Source: the human T2T-CHM13v2.0 reference genome, Homo sapiens
Length of the DNA stretch: 64,000 nucleotides
Assembly: GCF_009914755.1 (NCBI RefSeq)
Contig: NC_060925.1
Direction: 5' to 3' (one strand)
Below are positions 15,601 through 28,924 of the stretch, in pieces. The notes under the pieces were generated by a model, which worked only from the letters and a program-made list of their open reading frames with translations, searched no databases and had not been told where the DNA came from. Position numbers and translations under genes: made by a program. The number at the start of each line of letters is the position of its first letter. Within the stretch, counting starts at the first letter, position 1.

Positions 15601-17086
15601 ACGGGCCCCCTGGCTCCCTGCAGGCCTGGCCTCCTATCTCCCTCAGGCCATCAGCCCAGGGACCCCCAGCCCAGGCACCCCACCCATGCTCTGAGCTGTG
15701 GGCCTGAAACCCGCCCTCCTAGCAGGGAGCCTGGCTGCGCCCCAGGCCGCTTCTGCTTGGAGCTCCGTGGAAGGAAATGCCCTCAGGTTCCCAGGCACTG
15801 AGCCTCCCCTCCCGCTAACCCCATCAGGGGTATAGCAGCCCCGTGGTGCTCAGCCTGCCTCTCTCTGCCTGGGCAGGACCGTGGAGCCCACGCGTGTCCT
15901 CTCTCCTGTCCCCAGATGGAAGCCGGCAGGTGGGGCCCTAGCAGGGGACATGCTCGACGTGTGGGTGGATGAGGACCCGGTGGGGTCAGGTCTGGGGCAG
16001 CGGGACAGGGTCTCCAGGACGGGGCCTGGCTGCAGATAGGCCGGAGAACGGCTGCTGGTTCCCTGAGGCCACTGGGGAGCCAAGATGCAGTCCCCGAGGG
16101 GTTTCCAGGGAGCAGCCACTGGGCTGGGCAGCTGGGCGCAGGGGCAGAGAGAGCTGGGGCTGAGTCCTGGCCTGCCCCCTGGGGACTCCTGGGCTGTAAG
16201 GCAGGGGTGGGCAGGGCCTGGACCCTTGTTGGGGGCCCCTCCCTGGCTGTGGTCCACCTCAGGAGCCAAGGAGGCTGGGGGGCTGGTGTGGGCAGCTACC
16301 TCTGTTCCCCACGGGTCCTCAGGAAGGCGGCGCCACAGACTGAGGAGGCCCTGCTGGCCCTGGAGCTGTGTTCGGAGCCCCCACAGCCTGGCTCCTGGCT
16401 CTGGTTGCCGTGGGCGGGAGGTGGAAGTACAAGGAGAAGGAGTGTCCAGCATTTTCACGAGTGCCACCGCCAGAGGCCAAGCTGAGGACAAGAGGGCAGC
16501 CAGGCACCACCCTGGCCCCAGGCAGACTCCCCAGGGCTCGCTGAAGGGCTGGCAGCCCTGGGCCTGGCAGCTCCCCTTGCAAGCCCCAGCTGGGGGCTCT
16601 GTCATCCGGGAGGCCCTGGGCCTGACCTTCGCCGGCTGCCCCTGGGCCTGGAGGCAGGACACGAAGGGGCTGATGGGTCTGTGGTCAGCCCCGAGCGCAC
16701 TTTGCTGAGCTGTGGTCTTGCTGAGCCAGCCCACAGGCCCAGCGACTCCTGGCTTACTCAGCCCAGGCCTGAGGCTCCCAGGGAAGGCCAGGCCAGGCTG
16801 TGCAGGAACCTGCCTATGGGGCTGGGCACCTGGCCCTCCAGGAAGGCCTGCCTGCGAGGAGCTGCTCTGCACAGCTGGTCTCGACCCTCCGCTAGGCACC
16901 AGGAGCGAAGAGGGAGAGGCTTTGGGAAGGAGACACAGGTCAGGTGGGTCCTGTCTGGTTCCCGGCTGTGGCCTGGCTACGCTGTCCTCTGCTAATGCCA
17001 AAGGGGCCTGGGCATGGTCTGGAGGGTGTCCTGGCTGAGGCCCTGCTGAAGGGGTGAGGCAGGCATCCCCCCCCATCCCCACCCCG

Positions 17087-17160
17087 TCTCTCTACCTCTC
17101 TGTGTGTCTCTCTCTGACTCTCTCTGTGTCTGCCTCTCTCTGTGTATCTCTGTCTTTCTC
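17087..17160. repeat. (CT/GT)n low-complexity microsatellite
   Basis: ctctctacctctctgtgtgtctctctctgactctctctgtgtc... Confidence 0.8.
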
Positions 17161-20100
17161 TGGCTCACAGACTCCATCTTCCATGGCAGCAACTGGCTTG
17201 ATGCTCTCTTTCGGTGTCATCTTCGCTTGGTAACCATGGGTGGGAGGAAAGGAGGAATGGCCACTGCTCCCTTGTTTGGAGGTCAAAGGAACAGGAGGGG
17301 CACAGGGAGGTAGGAGGGGCACAGGGAGGTGGGCGGAGCTGGGACCTGGAGCTCTCCCCAGGACTCTTCCTGGGGCAGGAGAAGGGGCTGGCTGGGGTTG
17401 GGGGCTCCACCTCCAACACACTGTGTTTGTGAGCTTGCCAGAGAGCCGCCACCTGGTCCCTGGCCTCAGGTTCCCAGGGGTGGCACCAGTAGGCCGTGGC
17501 CTGCAGGCCAGAGGCAGACACAGCCCCTACCATGCCCACCAGGTCCGGAGGAGCCCAGCAGAGCCCCTGCCCAGCCTGGGAGGAGGCCTCAGCCCAGCTC
17601 ATGTCCCGCTGTGTTGGCAGTCAGACGGTCACGTGGCATGGCCACCCTGGCCCCAAAGCCGGTGTGTTTCCACCTCCAGCACCAAGAGCTGCCCGCCCTC
17701 CCCCTGACACGCAGAGGAGGCCCGGGAAACCTGGGAGACCATGGCTGCCGTGGGCGGGGCTGGTGGCCGTCACCACTTGCTCCAGGCCTTTGGGACCACA
17801 TCTGTCCCCGGCCCGCGCCCTCAGCGCAGGGACGCTGCTCGGCGGCAGCAAGTCTGTCCACTCACTGAGGCCCCAGTGCCGGGTGTGAGGCTGCTGCCCG
17901 GGAATCAGCGCCCAGTCCTGGACGCAGGCCCAGTGAGCAGGGGCAGGCGAGCCGAGGTCAGCCCACGGGCCCCCATCCTTCCACTTGACCCCGTCCCGGG
18001 CTCGGCACTCAGGGACTGGTTCTGGCCTGCGTGGGGCAGGCGATGGGAAAGGATCTTTCACAGGGGGACGGGCACACCCCGGAGTGGGGGCGTGTGCTGG
18101 TGGGAGACGCGTGTCGGGGGCTCTGCGTCCTCCTTCCAGGATCTTCCTCCCCACCCCGAGAGAGCAAGGGGTCCTGGGACTCTGCCCAGGAGGTCAGCTG
18201 GACCAGACAGACGGGCCAGTCTCTGTGGCCTCCCCAGGGCCATGGGGACTGGCAGACCCAGAAGCCAGGGTGAAGGGACGCGGGAGGCCTTGTGTTCTGT
18301 GGCGGGTCCCGAGGACTCTGTCCCCACGGTGGGCTGCCTGAACAGAGTCTGAGGGGAGGGTCACTGTCCCTGGGTGCAGCCTGGCCTGCGGCCGCCTCGC
18401 CACTCCTGGTCTCTGGATGCTGCGCCCCGCAGTCCCTCCCTCTCCCGCCCGGCTCCTCACCCCACGTCCAGCCCTCCAGAGTCGTGTCTGTGGCCACAAG
18501 GCTGTCTCCACAGAGCCTCTCTCCCGCAGTGGTTTTTTTTTTTTTAAAGAATTCAAATTTCCTGCGTATTTTAACTTTGGGATGTGGTGTGAGGAGTAGG
18601 GTGAGTGGGGCCGGGGCGGGAGTCCAGGCGAGGCCCAGGCGCTGCGTCTCTCCAAGGCTGGCTGCCCGTTAGCTCCCAGGCATGCTGGCCAGAGAGGCGC
18701 CAGCAGCCCTAGGAAGCCACGGCTCTCTGCTCCCTCCCAGGGTCCCCAGGGCCTGTCCTGGTGGGTGGCGCATGGGGAGAGGAGCATGGCCAGGTAGCCA
18801 CCTGGCCACCTTCTTGGGCCCTCAGTGGCCCTGGCAGCAAGCACAGGGGACACCGATGCCTGCCCGGGGTTTTGCTGTGATAACCAAGGAAGCTGACGGC
18901 CCCGGGCTTCTGTGTTTGCAGAGAGCTTACAGAAAAGTCAGCCTCGATGGACGGCAAGATGCACCTGTCAGCCACGAAGGAGCCCCCCGAGGTGCAGATC
19001 CCCACATCCGCCGCACCCGTGTGGAGAAAACAGCGCTGGATTTCCTGTCGTGGGTTTTGTGACTTTGAAAGCCGAGGCTGCTGATTGGGAATTAAATCCC
19101 AGAGGACGCCGCTCAACACACTGGAAACCCAGCAGCTGCTGCTGTTCCCAGCAATTTTTCTTTCTCTAAATTGAAACATCATTTTCTATTTTTCTTCTGA
19201 CACAAATGTGGTTTCATCCTGAAGTGAAAAACAGCTACAGAGCAATTTGCCAAATGTAAGGGGCAGGCCCAGGTGAGCGCCGCTCACACGCAGCGATCAG
19301 GGTCAGCGTGACGCGGTGGTATCTGTCCTTCACGGGGGCTCCTCTGTGGGCCCGGCCTGGCCGATGTCTGCCTGGCCTCCTGGGAGGCTGGTGACCCAGG
19401 TCGGAGCAGGCCTGGCAGGCCAGGAGCCTCCCCTCCGACGGGCGTAGCCAACCCCAAGGGTAAGGGGCAGTGTCAGAACCGCCAGGCGCTCACGGGGCTC
19501 CCAGGGACCAGAGGCTGGAGCCATGGCTGTGATGAAGCCGCCCTGGGCTCTGGGAGCCTCGAGGATGGCCGCAGCTGGGAGACGCAGCCTTGCCACTGGC
19601 TCTGGGCTTCTAGAAGGTGTGGGAGAGTGGCTGCCTGCCTTGCTGTCTGGAATGGATGCCTGGGTGTCTGGGGAAGCTTCGGGGATGCCAGAGCCCCCCA
19701 CATGCACTCGGCCTCCCAGTGGCAGAGCTCAGACCCAGGGGGCCTTGGGGACACTCTGCCCTGGCAGAGGAAGGGTCCCCTCGCTGCAGCTCCAGTGGCC
19801 TCCAGCTTGTCACCTCCAAGGATGGGGGACTCGGCACCCCGCGATCCGGCCTGGTTCCTCCCTGCAATGCCCCCCCGCCCGCCCCTCTGCCCCCGGGCAG
19901 CAGGCCGCCTTCAGTGCATCCACCACGCTGCGCCCGACCTGGCCCCAACCAGGCTTTCCCTGAGAGCTCCTCAGGGCCCCCCACCGTGGAGCATCCCAGC
20001 TTCTGGGTGGATCTTCACCCCATGTGCCCAGGGGCTGCCCCGGGTTCCTGCACTGCTGTGAACGCAGCTCCTCTGTCCACGGCCTCCCTCCGCCGAGCAG

Positions 20101-21201
20101 GAGCAGCTCCCTGTGCAGGTCTGGAGAGATGCCCCGGCCGCAGCTGGCCTGGGAGATGGGTGTGTTCCCAGGGAAGCGCGCCTGGACAGTGGGAGGGTGG
20201 GTCTGGCCGCAACGCAAGGAGGTCGGTGCTAGTTGTGGGAGGGCCGGGGACAGCAGCATGAGGGAAACATCAGGGGGCATGGGTCTGGTGTGGGGCTGGG
20301 GCTGGGCCCTGGACGCCCCCTCCCCAGGGCTGCAAACGGTGGTCTTCTGAGAGGGTGGGCTGCAAGGACGGGGGTGGGTCAAGGGAGAGCAAGGAGAGCA
20401 AGGGCCTGAGGAGGCTGGTTCCCTGCCCAGCGCTGGGCGGGCAGAGGGTGAGACCAGCCAAGCTGCACAGGCCCCAGGTGGGCAGGGTGAAGCCAGGGGC
20501 CAGGGCAGGTGCGGTGGGGCCAGGAGGCAGGGTCTCTGCAGTGGCCGCCTTCTGTGCTGACCGAGTGGCTGGCTGCCCATGGGCCATCTCAGTGCCCCCT
20601 CCCCAACAACCTTCTGGCCCCTCTCTGGCTGAGGGGCCCTCCGGAGGCAGCTGTAAAATGTCCCCGACCATCCTCCCTGGTCAATGCGGGGTGGGGGCGT
20701 CAGGCAGGCAGGACACCTGGTCAGCAGAGCTGATTGCATGCTTCCTGCCTCTTGTCATGGGAGCCCGTCCTGCGGGCAGGATTGCCTGGAGTGGGTAGTG
20801 CCAGGCAGAGGCCAGGAGGTTGGCTGGCCGGGCTTCACTGCAGAGCTCTGCGGCAGGGAGACAGGGACCCTCCTTCCCAGCCCCAGCCTGGCAGGGGAAT
20901 TCCAGCACCAACCGCGGCTGGGCCTGGGAACAGTGTGGGTGGGACAGACGTGCTGGCCTCGCAGGGTGCCTGGGTGACTGCTACAGGCCTGGTCTTGAGG
21001 CACTGAGACGAGCCACCCCATGTGTCCCGCCTGACCCCACAGGCTTCCCAGGGCTCTGCGCAGATCGGGGGCCACAGCAGTGAGCAGGGACGTGGGCTCC
21101 AGTCCCGCTGCCTCGCCCATGAGTGTGCGGGTGCATGGGGAGGGCCTTGCTGCTGGCGTGGGGCCCAAGGAGCAGTGCCCTCCATAGCCGCCACTGAGCA
21201 T

Positions 21202-21207
21202 TTTATT
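21202..21207 (-). terminator. MORN1: MORN1 polyadenylation signal
   Basis: tttatt on + = AATAAA on -, ~110 nt downstream of the MORN1 stop. Confidence 0.85.
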
Positions 21208-21314
21208 CAAGCCAGCAACCACGGGGCTCTGGAGAATCGGGGAGCAGAGTCGCGCAAGCAGAGGCAGCGTTTCCTTCCATTCACACCGAGGTGGCCTCCT
21301 GTGGACACGGGGCC

Positions 21315-21536
<222 letters not shown>

Positions 21537-24028
21537 TCAGCAGGCTCCTGTCCCTTCCCCTCCCTGGCCTCAGCCCACTGCCCACTGTCTCATGTGCCCG
21601 CTGGCCCCTGTGCCCCCGACCCTGGTCATCTCTGCCTGGGTTCTGGGATTCTTGGCACTGTAACCACAGGACTGGCCACCGGACCGGTCCTGGGGGGCTG
21701 GACACACAGTCAGCATAGGTGAATAAACTAATTTGGGGTAAAGGAAACCACCTCTGACCTCAGGCCACAGCCCAGCTATGGCCTCCAGCTCGGAGGCTGG
21801 CAAGGATGGACACGACCCTCGCATGGTGGCCGCTCTCAAGCCCCCACTGCTGACCTGGCTACAGGTCCCTGAAGGATTCTTTTGCAAATACTTTCCTACT
21901 TTTTTAGGAGAAAAATAATTCATTCCCTCCATAAACTGTTTTTAAAAATAACGAACCCTCTGAAGGCTGGTGTGTCTGGTTTGCTTTTGAAGCCCCGCCC
22001 TGGCCCCTTCCCCACACCCGCGCTGGGGCTCTCCGGGTGGGGCTGGAGGGCGGCCCTGCTGGGGGCACTCGGCAGAGAAGGAAAAGTACTTTTCCTTTCA
22101 CAGTCTGTAAACTGTCTGGAGAGCTTCAAAGTTGGAGAAACCATAAAAAAGAAAATAAGAAATAACAAAAAGTGAGGTTGCCATAGAAACCATCCTCTCC
22201 CCTCCCCTGAGCCTGCCGGGGCTGGCACCGGAGCGTGGAAAAAGCGCCTCGGCTGGCCCGGGCTCACACCAGGAATGCGGCCGCAGCTGAAATGGGGGCA
22301 GGAGTCGGCTCACACCGCAAGGCAGAGCAACATTCCAGACGCCGGCCTGGAAAACAGCGCTCCCCTCGCAGAGCGGCGGCCTCCTCGGCCAGGCCACGGG
22401 CTCGGCCGCCTGTGCGTTCCCAGGGCTGGACAAGAGCAAGCCTCGGGGGCCGGGAGGAATGTGCTTGGCCCCGAGTCAGCTCCTTTAGAAAAAAAAAAAC
22501 ACGGTTCTGGGGGGCCTCGCCAGGGGGACACACGTTCTGCAACCTGGCGGGTGTGGGCCACAGCACCGGGCACCGGGGACAGCCTCCCTGGCGGGCGGAG
22601 GAAGAGCCCCACATGGCAACGCCACAGTGTTTCCAAGCAGCCCGGTTTCTAGGTGTTCCCAGGAATCCAGCTATACCAGTGGTGGCCAAGGCGCTGGCCG
22701 GGGGGCCGAGAGCTCAGTGGGCAGTGGCTGAGGAGCCCGGCCACAGGCCCCATCTGACCCCACTCCTGAGGCTGGCGTCCCGGCGGATGGGAAGGGTGGG
22801 CGGCAAGGGCTCTGGCTGGTGGCCACCGTGCGGCAGGCCGGGCCTCGACGGCCACGTGATCTAGCCCTGGGCCAGCTCTCACTTAGGGCCTCGGCCATAC
22901 GTACATGGCTTAGCCCCAAGTGGCCCCTGAATCGGATCTCCCTTCGCTCCTCACCCCCAGGGCTGTCTCCGCCGAGCACATAAACCCTGGCCGAGCGGCT
23001 GCGCACAGGTGCCAGCGCCTAGCCGATTCCTGTCACTGCAGAGATGTCCCCGCCCCCTCCTGGGATGGCTGGGACGCGGTGGACCGGTTGATGGTGTGAG
23101 GGCTGCTGTGGGACCACGGGGGACACCGCGTGGCACTCCAGCCGCTCCCGTCACCAAGGCCTCACTGGCTACAGCCCCGGCCACACGGGTGCCGTCCCCA
23201 CGACCAGGGTGGCTCTGCTTGTTCTCCCGCTGCGCCAGAGGCAGCTCCACGGTGGCATCCAGACCCCAGTGAGCAGCGGGTCCAGACCTTCCAGCCTTTG
23301 GCTCTCCAGCCAGAACCCCAGAGACACCAGACGAAGGGTCATTCATGTTGGCCCAGGTGACAGAGAGGCTCCATTCTCCGTCAGGCAGCCAGTCAGCCGC
23401 GGTGCCCAGGTCCTGCTAGGGGTCCGAGCCTTTGTGTAGCTGAGGTGCCCTGGCATTCGGCCCCTCTGGCTTGGTGGGGGGGTGCCAGGCCCAGGCTGTG
23501 GGGCGACTGGAGGAGGCCCCACGGCTGAGGGTCTGCACCTGAGCCTTCTCCAGGCCCTCGCTGCACCCCTCCTTGCTGTCCCCACAGCAGCCCCCACGCT
23601 GGGAGGAGCCTTCCGCCCAGCCCAGGCCCACCAAGCCCTGCAGCCGGCCTTGCTGGGGAGCAGCTCCTCATGGTTCAGCCACTGTGGGCCTTGACAGCTC
23701 CCCTCGGCTCCCCTTGGACCCCAAGGCCTCCGAGTCCCCGTGCTCCCTGCCCCCGTGGCTTCCTCCTTTCTAGGACATTCCCCACATCAAGGGCTGTGTC
23801 GGCCCAGCTTCAAATCTTTCTGGACCGTCCCCAGCCCCCAAGCCACCAGCCCCCTTCCCATTCAGGTCCCTGGGAGGGCCTGGCTGCTCCCCAGTCCCCC
23901 ACCCACTGCCACCTACCTCTGGGGGCCCCGGGCCGAGTTCCCCCAACCCCACCTCCAGCCCTGGGCTGCGGCCTCGCCTCTCCAGACAGTGGCACAGCCG
24001 GCGATGGACTTGGGCCCTGTCCACCTAC

Positions 24029-24075
24029 CTAGGTGTGCTGCCGCAGCCTGCTCCTCCGTGGCTCTCCCCTCAGGC
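24029..24075 (-). CDS. MORN1: MORN1 exon 13 (47 nt)
   Basis: ctccacag| acceptor, |gtaggt donor; (R)PEGRATEEQAAAAHL(G); phase-compatible with both neighbours. Confidence 0.9.
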
Positions 24076-25017
24076 CTGTGGAGACGACACAGTGAGGCCC
24101 CTGAATGCCCTGCCTGGGCCCCGACGACATGGCATCCCTGACCTGAACCAGGGCTAGTGGCTCCAGGGCAGATTCAGGGCCCCAGCACAGCAGAGGCCTG
24201 CGAACCCCACCTCGGGGCCATGGGCAGGACGGGGAGAGTCCTCTGGCAGCCTGCACCCAGCTCTCTGCACCTCGGAACCGTGGGCTGCCCTGTGCAAATC
24301 CTCTTTGTCTAAATTCTTGATGTGCTTATGGCCTTGGAGCAGGAGTGGGACCGACCACCCCATTTCCACAGTCTTCTGACAAGGCGGAGGCCTCCCAGGG
24401 TGCAACTGAGAAGATCCCGGAGGGCGGGAAAGACCCTGAGCCCCTGAGAGACGGCGAGGCTGGAGCCTGCAGGGAGCGACTTAGGAGCGGCGGAAGTCTC
24501 AGCAAGAGGGACCAGGAGGCCCGGCGGTGGTATGGTGCCCCCTTGGAGGAACAGAGGCCCAGTGTCACCTGGGAGTGCCATGACTGGGAAAGGAGAGGTA
24601 GCAGTGAGGATGGGAGGGGCCCAGGGGTCCTGCCGGGGCCTCCCCGTGGAGACACTCACTGCCCTGGCTCCCTGAGGGGTGCAGCTCCTGCCCTGAGGCA
24701 GTCTCTGGGGGGGCCCACCACCCACCAGGGTTTCTGAACTGCAACAAGTGATGGGCCTGTTCCTCCTGCCTGGACAGCGCCTCGGGGCACCCACGGGCTG
24801 GGGCAGGGCCATGGCCAGGCAGGATCTGGGTCAGGGAAGCAGGTGGGCCCTGAGGACGTGGCCATGGCCCTGGCGGGGAGGAGGCAGTCCCTGCACGTGA
24901 GGAAGCTGGGCCCGGCAGGTGCCTCCGATGCTCCTGCTGCAAGGACGAGGGGCTGGCTCTGTGTGGACACCCACCCTCCTCCCCGGGCAGTGAGATGCAC
25001 TTCGGAAATACATCTTA

Positions 25018-28000
25018 CTTTCTTCTTTCTCTCCCCTTTCCTTCCCTTCCTTCCCTTCCTTCCTTCCCTCCCTCCCTCCCTTCCTTCCTTCCCTTCCTTC
25101 CCTCCCTTCCTTCCTTCCCTCCCTCCCTTCCTTCCCTTCCTCCCTTCCCTCCCTTCCTTCCTTCCTTCCCTTCCTTCCTTCCTTCCTTCCCTTCCTTCCT
25201 TCCTTCCTTCCTTCCCTCCCTTCCTTCCCTCCCTTCCTTCCCTCCCTCCCTTCCCTTCCTTCCTTCCCTTCCTTCCCTCCCTTCCTTCCCTTCCTTCCTT
25301 CCTTCCTTCCCTCCCTTCCTTCCTTCCTTCCTTCCCTCCCTTCCTTCCCTCCCTTCCTTCCCTCCCTTCCTTCCCTCCCTTCCTTCCCTCCCTCCCTTCC
25401 TTCCTTCCCTTCCTTCCCTTCCTTCCTTCCCTCCCTTCCTTCCTTCCCTCCCTTCCTTCCCTCCCTTCCTTCCCTCCCTCCCTTCCTTCCCTCCCTCCCT
25501 TCCCTTCCTTCCTTCCCTTCCTTCCTTCCTTCCTTTCCTTCCTTCCCTTCCTTCCTTCCCTCCCTTCCTTCCTTCCTTCCTTCCCTCCCTTCCTTCCCTC
25601 CCTTCCTTCCCTCCCTCCCTTCCTTCCTTCCCTTCCTTCCCTTCCTTCCTTCCTTCCCTCCCTTCCTTCCCTTCCTTCCTTCCCTCCCTTCCTTCCCTCC
25701 CTTCCTTCCTTCCCTCCCTTCCTTCCCTCCCTTCCTTCCCTCCCTCCCTTCCTTCCCTCCCTCCCTTCCCTTCCTTCCTTCCCTTCCTTCCTTCCTTCCT
25801 TTCCTTCCTTCCCTCCCTTCCTTCCCTCCCTCCCTTCCTTCCCTCCCTTCCTTCCCTTCCTTCCTTCCCTCCCTCCCTTCCCTCCCTTCCTTCCTTCCCT
25901 CCCTCCCTTCCCTTCCTTCCTTCCCTCCCTTCCTTCCCTCCCTTCCTTCCTTCCCTCCCTCCCTTCCTTCCTTCCCTCCCTCCCTTCCTTCCTTCCTTCC
26001 CTTCCTTCCCTCCCTTCCTTCCCTCCCTTCCTTCCCTCCCTCCCTTCCCTTCCTTCCTTCCCTTCCTTCCTTCCTTCCCTCCCTTCCTTCCTTCCCTCCC
26101 TCCCTTCCTTCCTTCCCTCCCTCCCTTCCTTCCTTCCTTCCCTTCCTTCCCTCCCTTCCTTCCCTCCCTTCCTTCCCTCCCTCCCTTCCCTTCCTTCCTT
26201 CCCTTCCTTCCTTCCTTCCCTCCCTTCCTTCCCTCCCTTCCTTCCTTTCTTCCTTCCCTCCCTTTCTTCCTTCCCTCCCTTCCTTCCCTCCCTTCCTTCC
26301 CTCCCTCCCTTCCTTCCCTCCCTCCCTTCCCTTCCTTCCTTCCCTTCCTTCCTTCCTTCCTTTCCTTCCTTCCCTCCCTTCCTTCCCTCCCTCCCTTCCT
26401 TCCCTCCCTTCCTTCCCTCCTTCCTTCCCTCCCTCCTTCCCTCCCTTCCTTCCCTTCCTTCCTTCCCTCCCTTCCTTCCCTCCCTCCCTTCCTTCCTTCC
26501 TTCCCTTCCTTCCTTCCTTCCTTTCCTTCCTTCCCTCCCTTCCTTCCCTCCCTCCCTTCCTTCCCTCCCTCCCTTCCCTTCCTTCCTTCCCTTCCTTCCT
26601 TCCTTTCCTTCCTTCCCTCCCTTCCTTCCCTCCCTCCCTTCCTTCCCTCCCTTCCTTCCCTTCCTTCCTTCCCCTTCCTTCCTTCCTTTCCTTCCTTCCC
26701 TCCCTTCCTTCCCTCCCTCCCTTCCTTCCCTCCTTCCTTCCCTTCCTTCCTTCCCTCCCTCCCTTCCCTCCCTTCCTTCCCTTCCTTCCTTCCCTCCCTC
26801 CCTTCCCTCCCTTCCTTCCCTCCCTCCCTTCCTTCCCTCCCTCCTTCCTTCCTTCCTTCCCTTCCTTCCTTCCTTCCTTTCCTTCCTTCCCTCCCTTCCT
26901 TCCCTCCCTCCCTTCCTTCCCTCCCTTCCTTCCCTTCCTTCCTTCCCTCCCTCCCTTCCCTTCCTTCCTTCCCTTCCTTCCTTCCTTCCCTTCCTTCCTT
27001 CCTTCCCTTCCTTCCCTTCCTTCCTTCCTTCCCTCCCTTCCTTCCTTCCCTCCCTTCCTTCCCTCCCTTCCTTCCCTCCCTTCCTTCCTTCCCTTCCTTC
27101 CTTCCCTTCCTTCCTTCCCTCCCTTCCTTCCTTCCCTTCCTTCCTTCCCTCCCTTCCTTCCTTCCTTCCCTCCCTTCCTTCCTTCCTTCCTTCCTTCCCT
27201 CCCTTCCTTCCCTCCCTTCCTTCCTTCCTTCCCTTCCTTCCCTCCCTTCCTTCCTTCCTTCCTTCCCTCCCTTCCTTCCTTCCCTTCCTTCCTTCCCTCC
27301 CTTCCTTCCCTCCCTTCCTTCCTTTCCTTCCTTCCCTCCCTTTCTTCCTTCCCTCCCTTCCTTCCCTCCCTTCCTTCCCTCCCTCCCTTCCTTCCCTCCC
27401 TCCCTTCCCTTCCTTCCTTCCCTTCCTTCCTTCCTTCCTTTCCTTCCTTCCCTCCCTTCCTTCCCTCCCTCCCTTCCTTCCCTCCCTTCCTTCCCTTCCT
27501 CCCTTCCCTCCCTTCCTTCCCTCCCTTCCTTCCCTTCCTTCCTTCCCTCCCTTCCTTCCCTCCCTCCCTTCCTTCCCTCCCTTCCTTCCCTTCCTTCCTT
27601 CCCTCCCTTCCTTCCCTTCCTTCCTTCCCTTCCTTCCTTCCCTTCCTTCCTTCCCTCCCTCCCTTCCTTCCCTTCCTTCCTTCCCTCCCTCCCTTCCTTC
27701 CCTCCCTCCCTTCCCTTCCTTCCTTCCCTCCCTTCCTTCCTTCCCTCCCTTCCTTCCCTCCCTTCCTTCCTTTCCTTCCTTCCCTCCCTTTCTTCCTTCC
27801 CTCCCTTCCTTCCCTCCCTTCCTTCCCTCCCTCCCTTCCTTCCCTCCCTCCCTTCCCTTCCTTCCTTCCCTTCCTTCCTTCCTTCCTTTCCTTCCTTCCC
27901 TCCCTTCCTTCCCTCCCTCCCTTCCTTCCCTTCCTCCCTTCCCTCCCTTCCTTCCCTCCCTTCCTTCCCTTCCTTCCTTCCCTCCCTTCCTTCCCTCCCT

Positions 28001-28608
28001 CCCTTCCTTCCCTCCCTTCCTTCCCTTCCTTCCTTCCCTCCCTTCCTTCCCTTCCTTCCTTCCCTTCCTTCCTTCCCTTCCTTCCTTCCCTCCCTCCCTT
28101 CCTTCCCTTCCTTCCTTCCCTCCCTCCCTTCCTTCCCTCCCTCCCTTCCCTTCCTTCCTTCCCTTCCTTCCTTCCTTCCCTCCCTTCCTTCCCTCCCTTC
28201 CTTCCTTTCCTTCCTTCCCTCCCTTTCTTCCTTCCCTCCCTTCCTTCCCTCCCTTCCTTCCCTCCCTCCCTTCCCTCCCTCCCTTCCCTTCCTTCCTTCC
28301 CTTCCTTCCTTCCTTCCTTTCCTTCCTTCCCTCCCTTCCTTCCCTTCCTTCCTTCCCTCCCTTCCTTCCTTCCCTCCCTTCCTTCCCTTCCTTCCTTCCC
28401 TCCCTTCCTTCCTTTCCTTCCTTCCCTCCCTTCCTTCCCTCCCTTCCTTCCTTTCCTTCCTTCCCTTCCTTCACTTCCTTCTTTTTTTTCTTTCTTCTTT
28501 TCTTTCTCTCTTGTTCCTTCTTCCTCTCTCTCTCTCCTCTCTCTCTCTGCCTCTCTTTCTCTCTCTCTCCTCTCTCTCTCTCTCTCTTTTTCTCTCCTTT
28601 CTTTCTCT
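25018..28608. repeat. ~3.6 kb polypyrimidine/polypurine composite microsatellite (CCTT/CCCTT/CCCT)n grading into (CT)n
   Basis: by eye, no A or G on + from 25018 to 28472; abuts the tail side of a minus-strand Alu. Confidence 0.97.
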
Positions 28609-28916
28609 AGATAGAGTCTGGCTCTGTGACCCAGGCTAGAGTGCAGCGGCATAATCACAGCTCACTGCGGCCTCCAACTCCTGGGCTCGAGCAAGCAATC
28701 CCCTCGCCTTAGCCTTCCAAGGAGCTGGGACCACAGGAGTGTGGAGTGTGCCACCATGCCCATGGGACCACAGGAGTGTGCCACCATGCCCAGATAATTA
28801 AAAAAATTTTTAGAGAGGAGGTCTCACTATGTTGCCCAGGTTGGTCTCAAACTCCTGGGCTCAGGAGAATCCTTCCACCTCCGCCTCCCAAAGTGCTGGG
28901 ATCACTGCACCTGGCC
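28609..28916 (-). mobile_element. Alu (old, AluJ-like) with an internal ~30-bp duplication
   Basis: gagtctggctctgtgacccaggctagagtgcag...cctcccaaagtgctgggat; tgggaccacaggagtgtg..ccaccatgccca occurs twice. Confidence 0.88.
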
Positions 28917-28924
28917 TTTGTTGA

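Noticed and set aside
12094-17082. 551-, 520-, 410- and 396-aa intergenic ORFs
   Set aside because: Pro/Gly/Ala/Arg-rich with no domain, overlapping in several frames; expected in very GC-rich DNA.
24656-28658. Four 1,200+ aa ORFs on both strands (PSFL-rich and GREK-rich)
   Set aside because: Stop codons need both T and a purine, so pure-pyrimidine and pure-purine strands cannot contain them; the ORFs are a compositional artefact.
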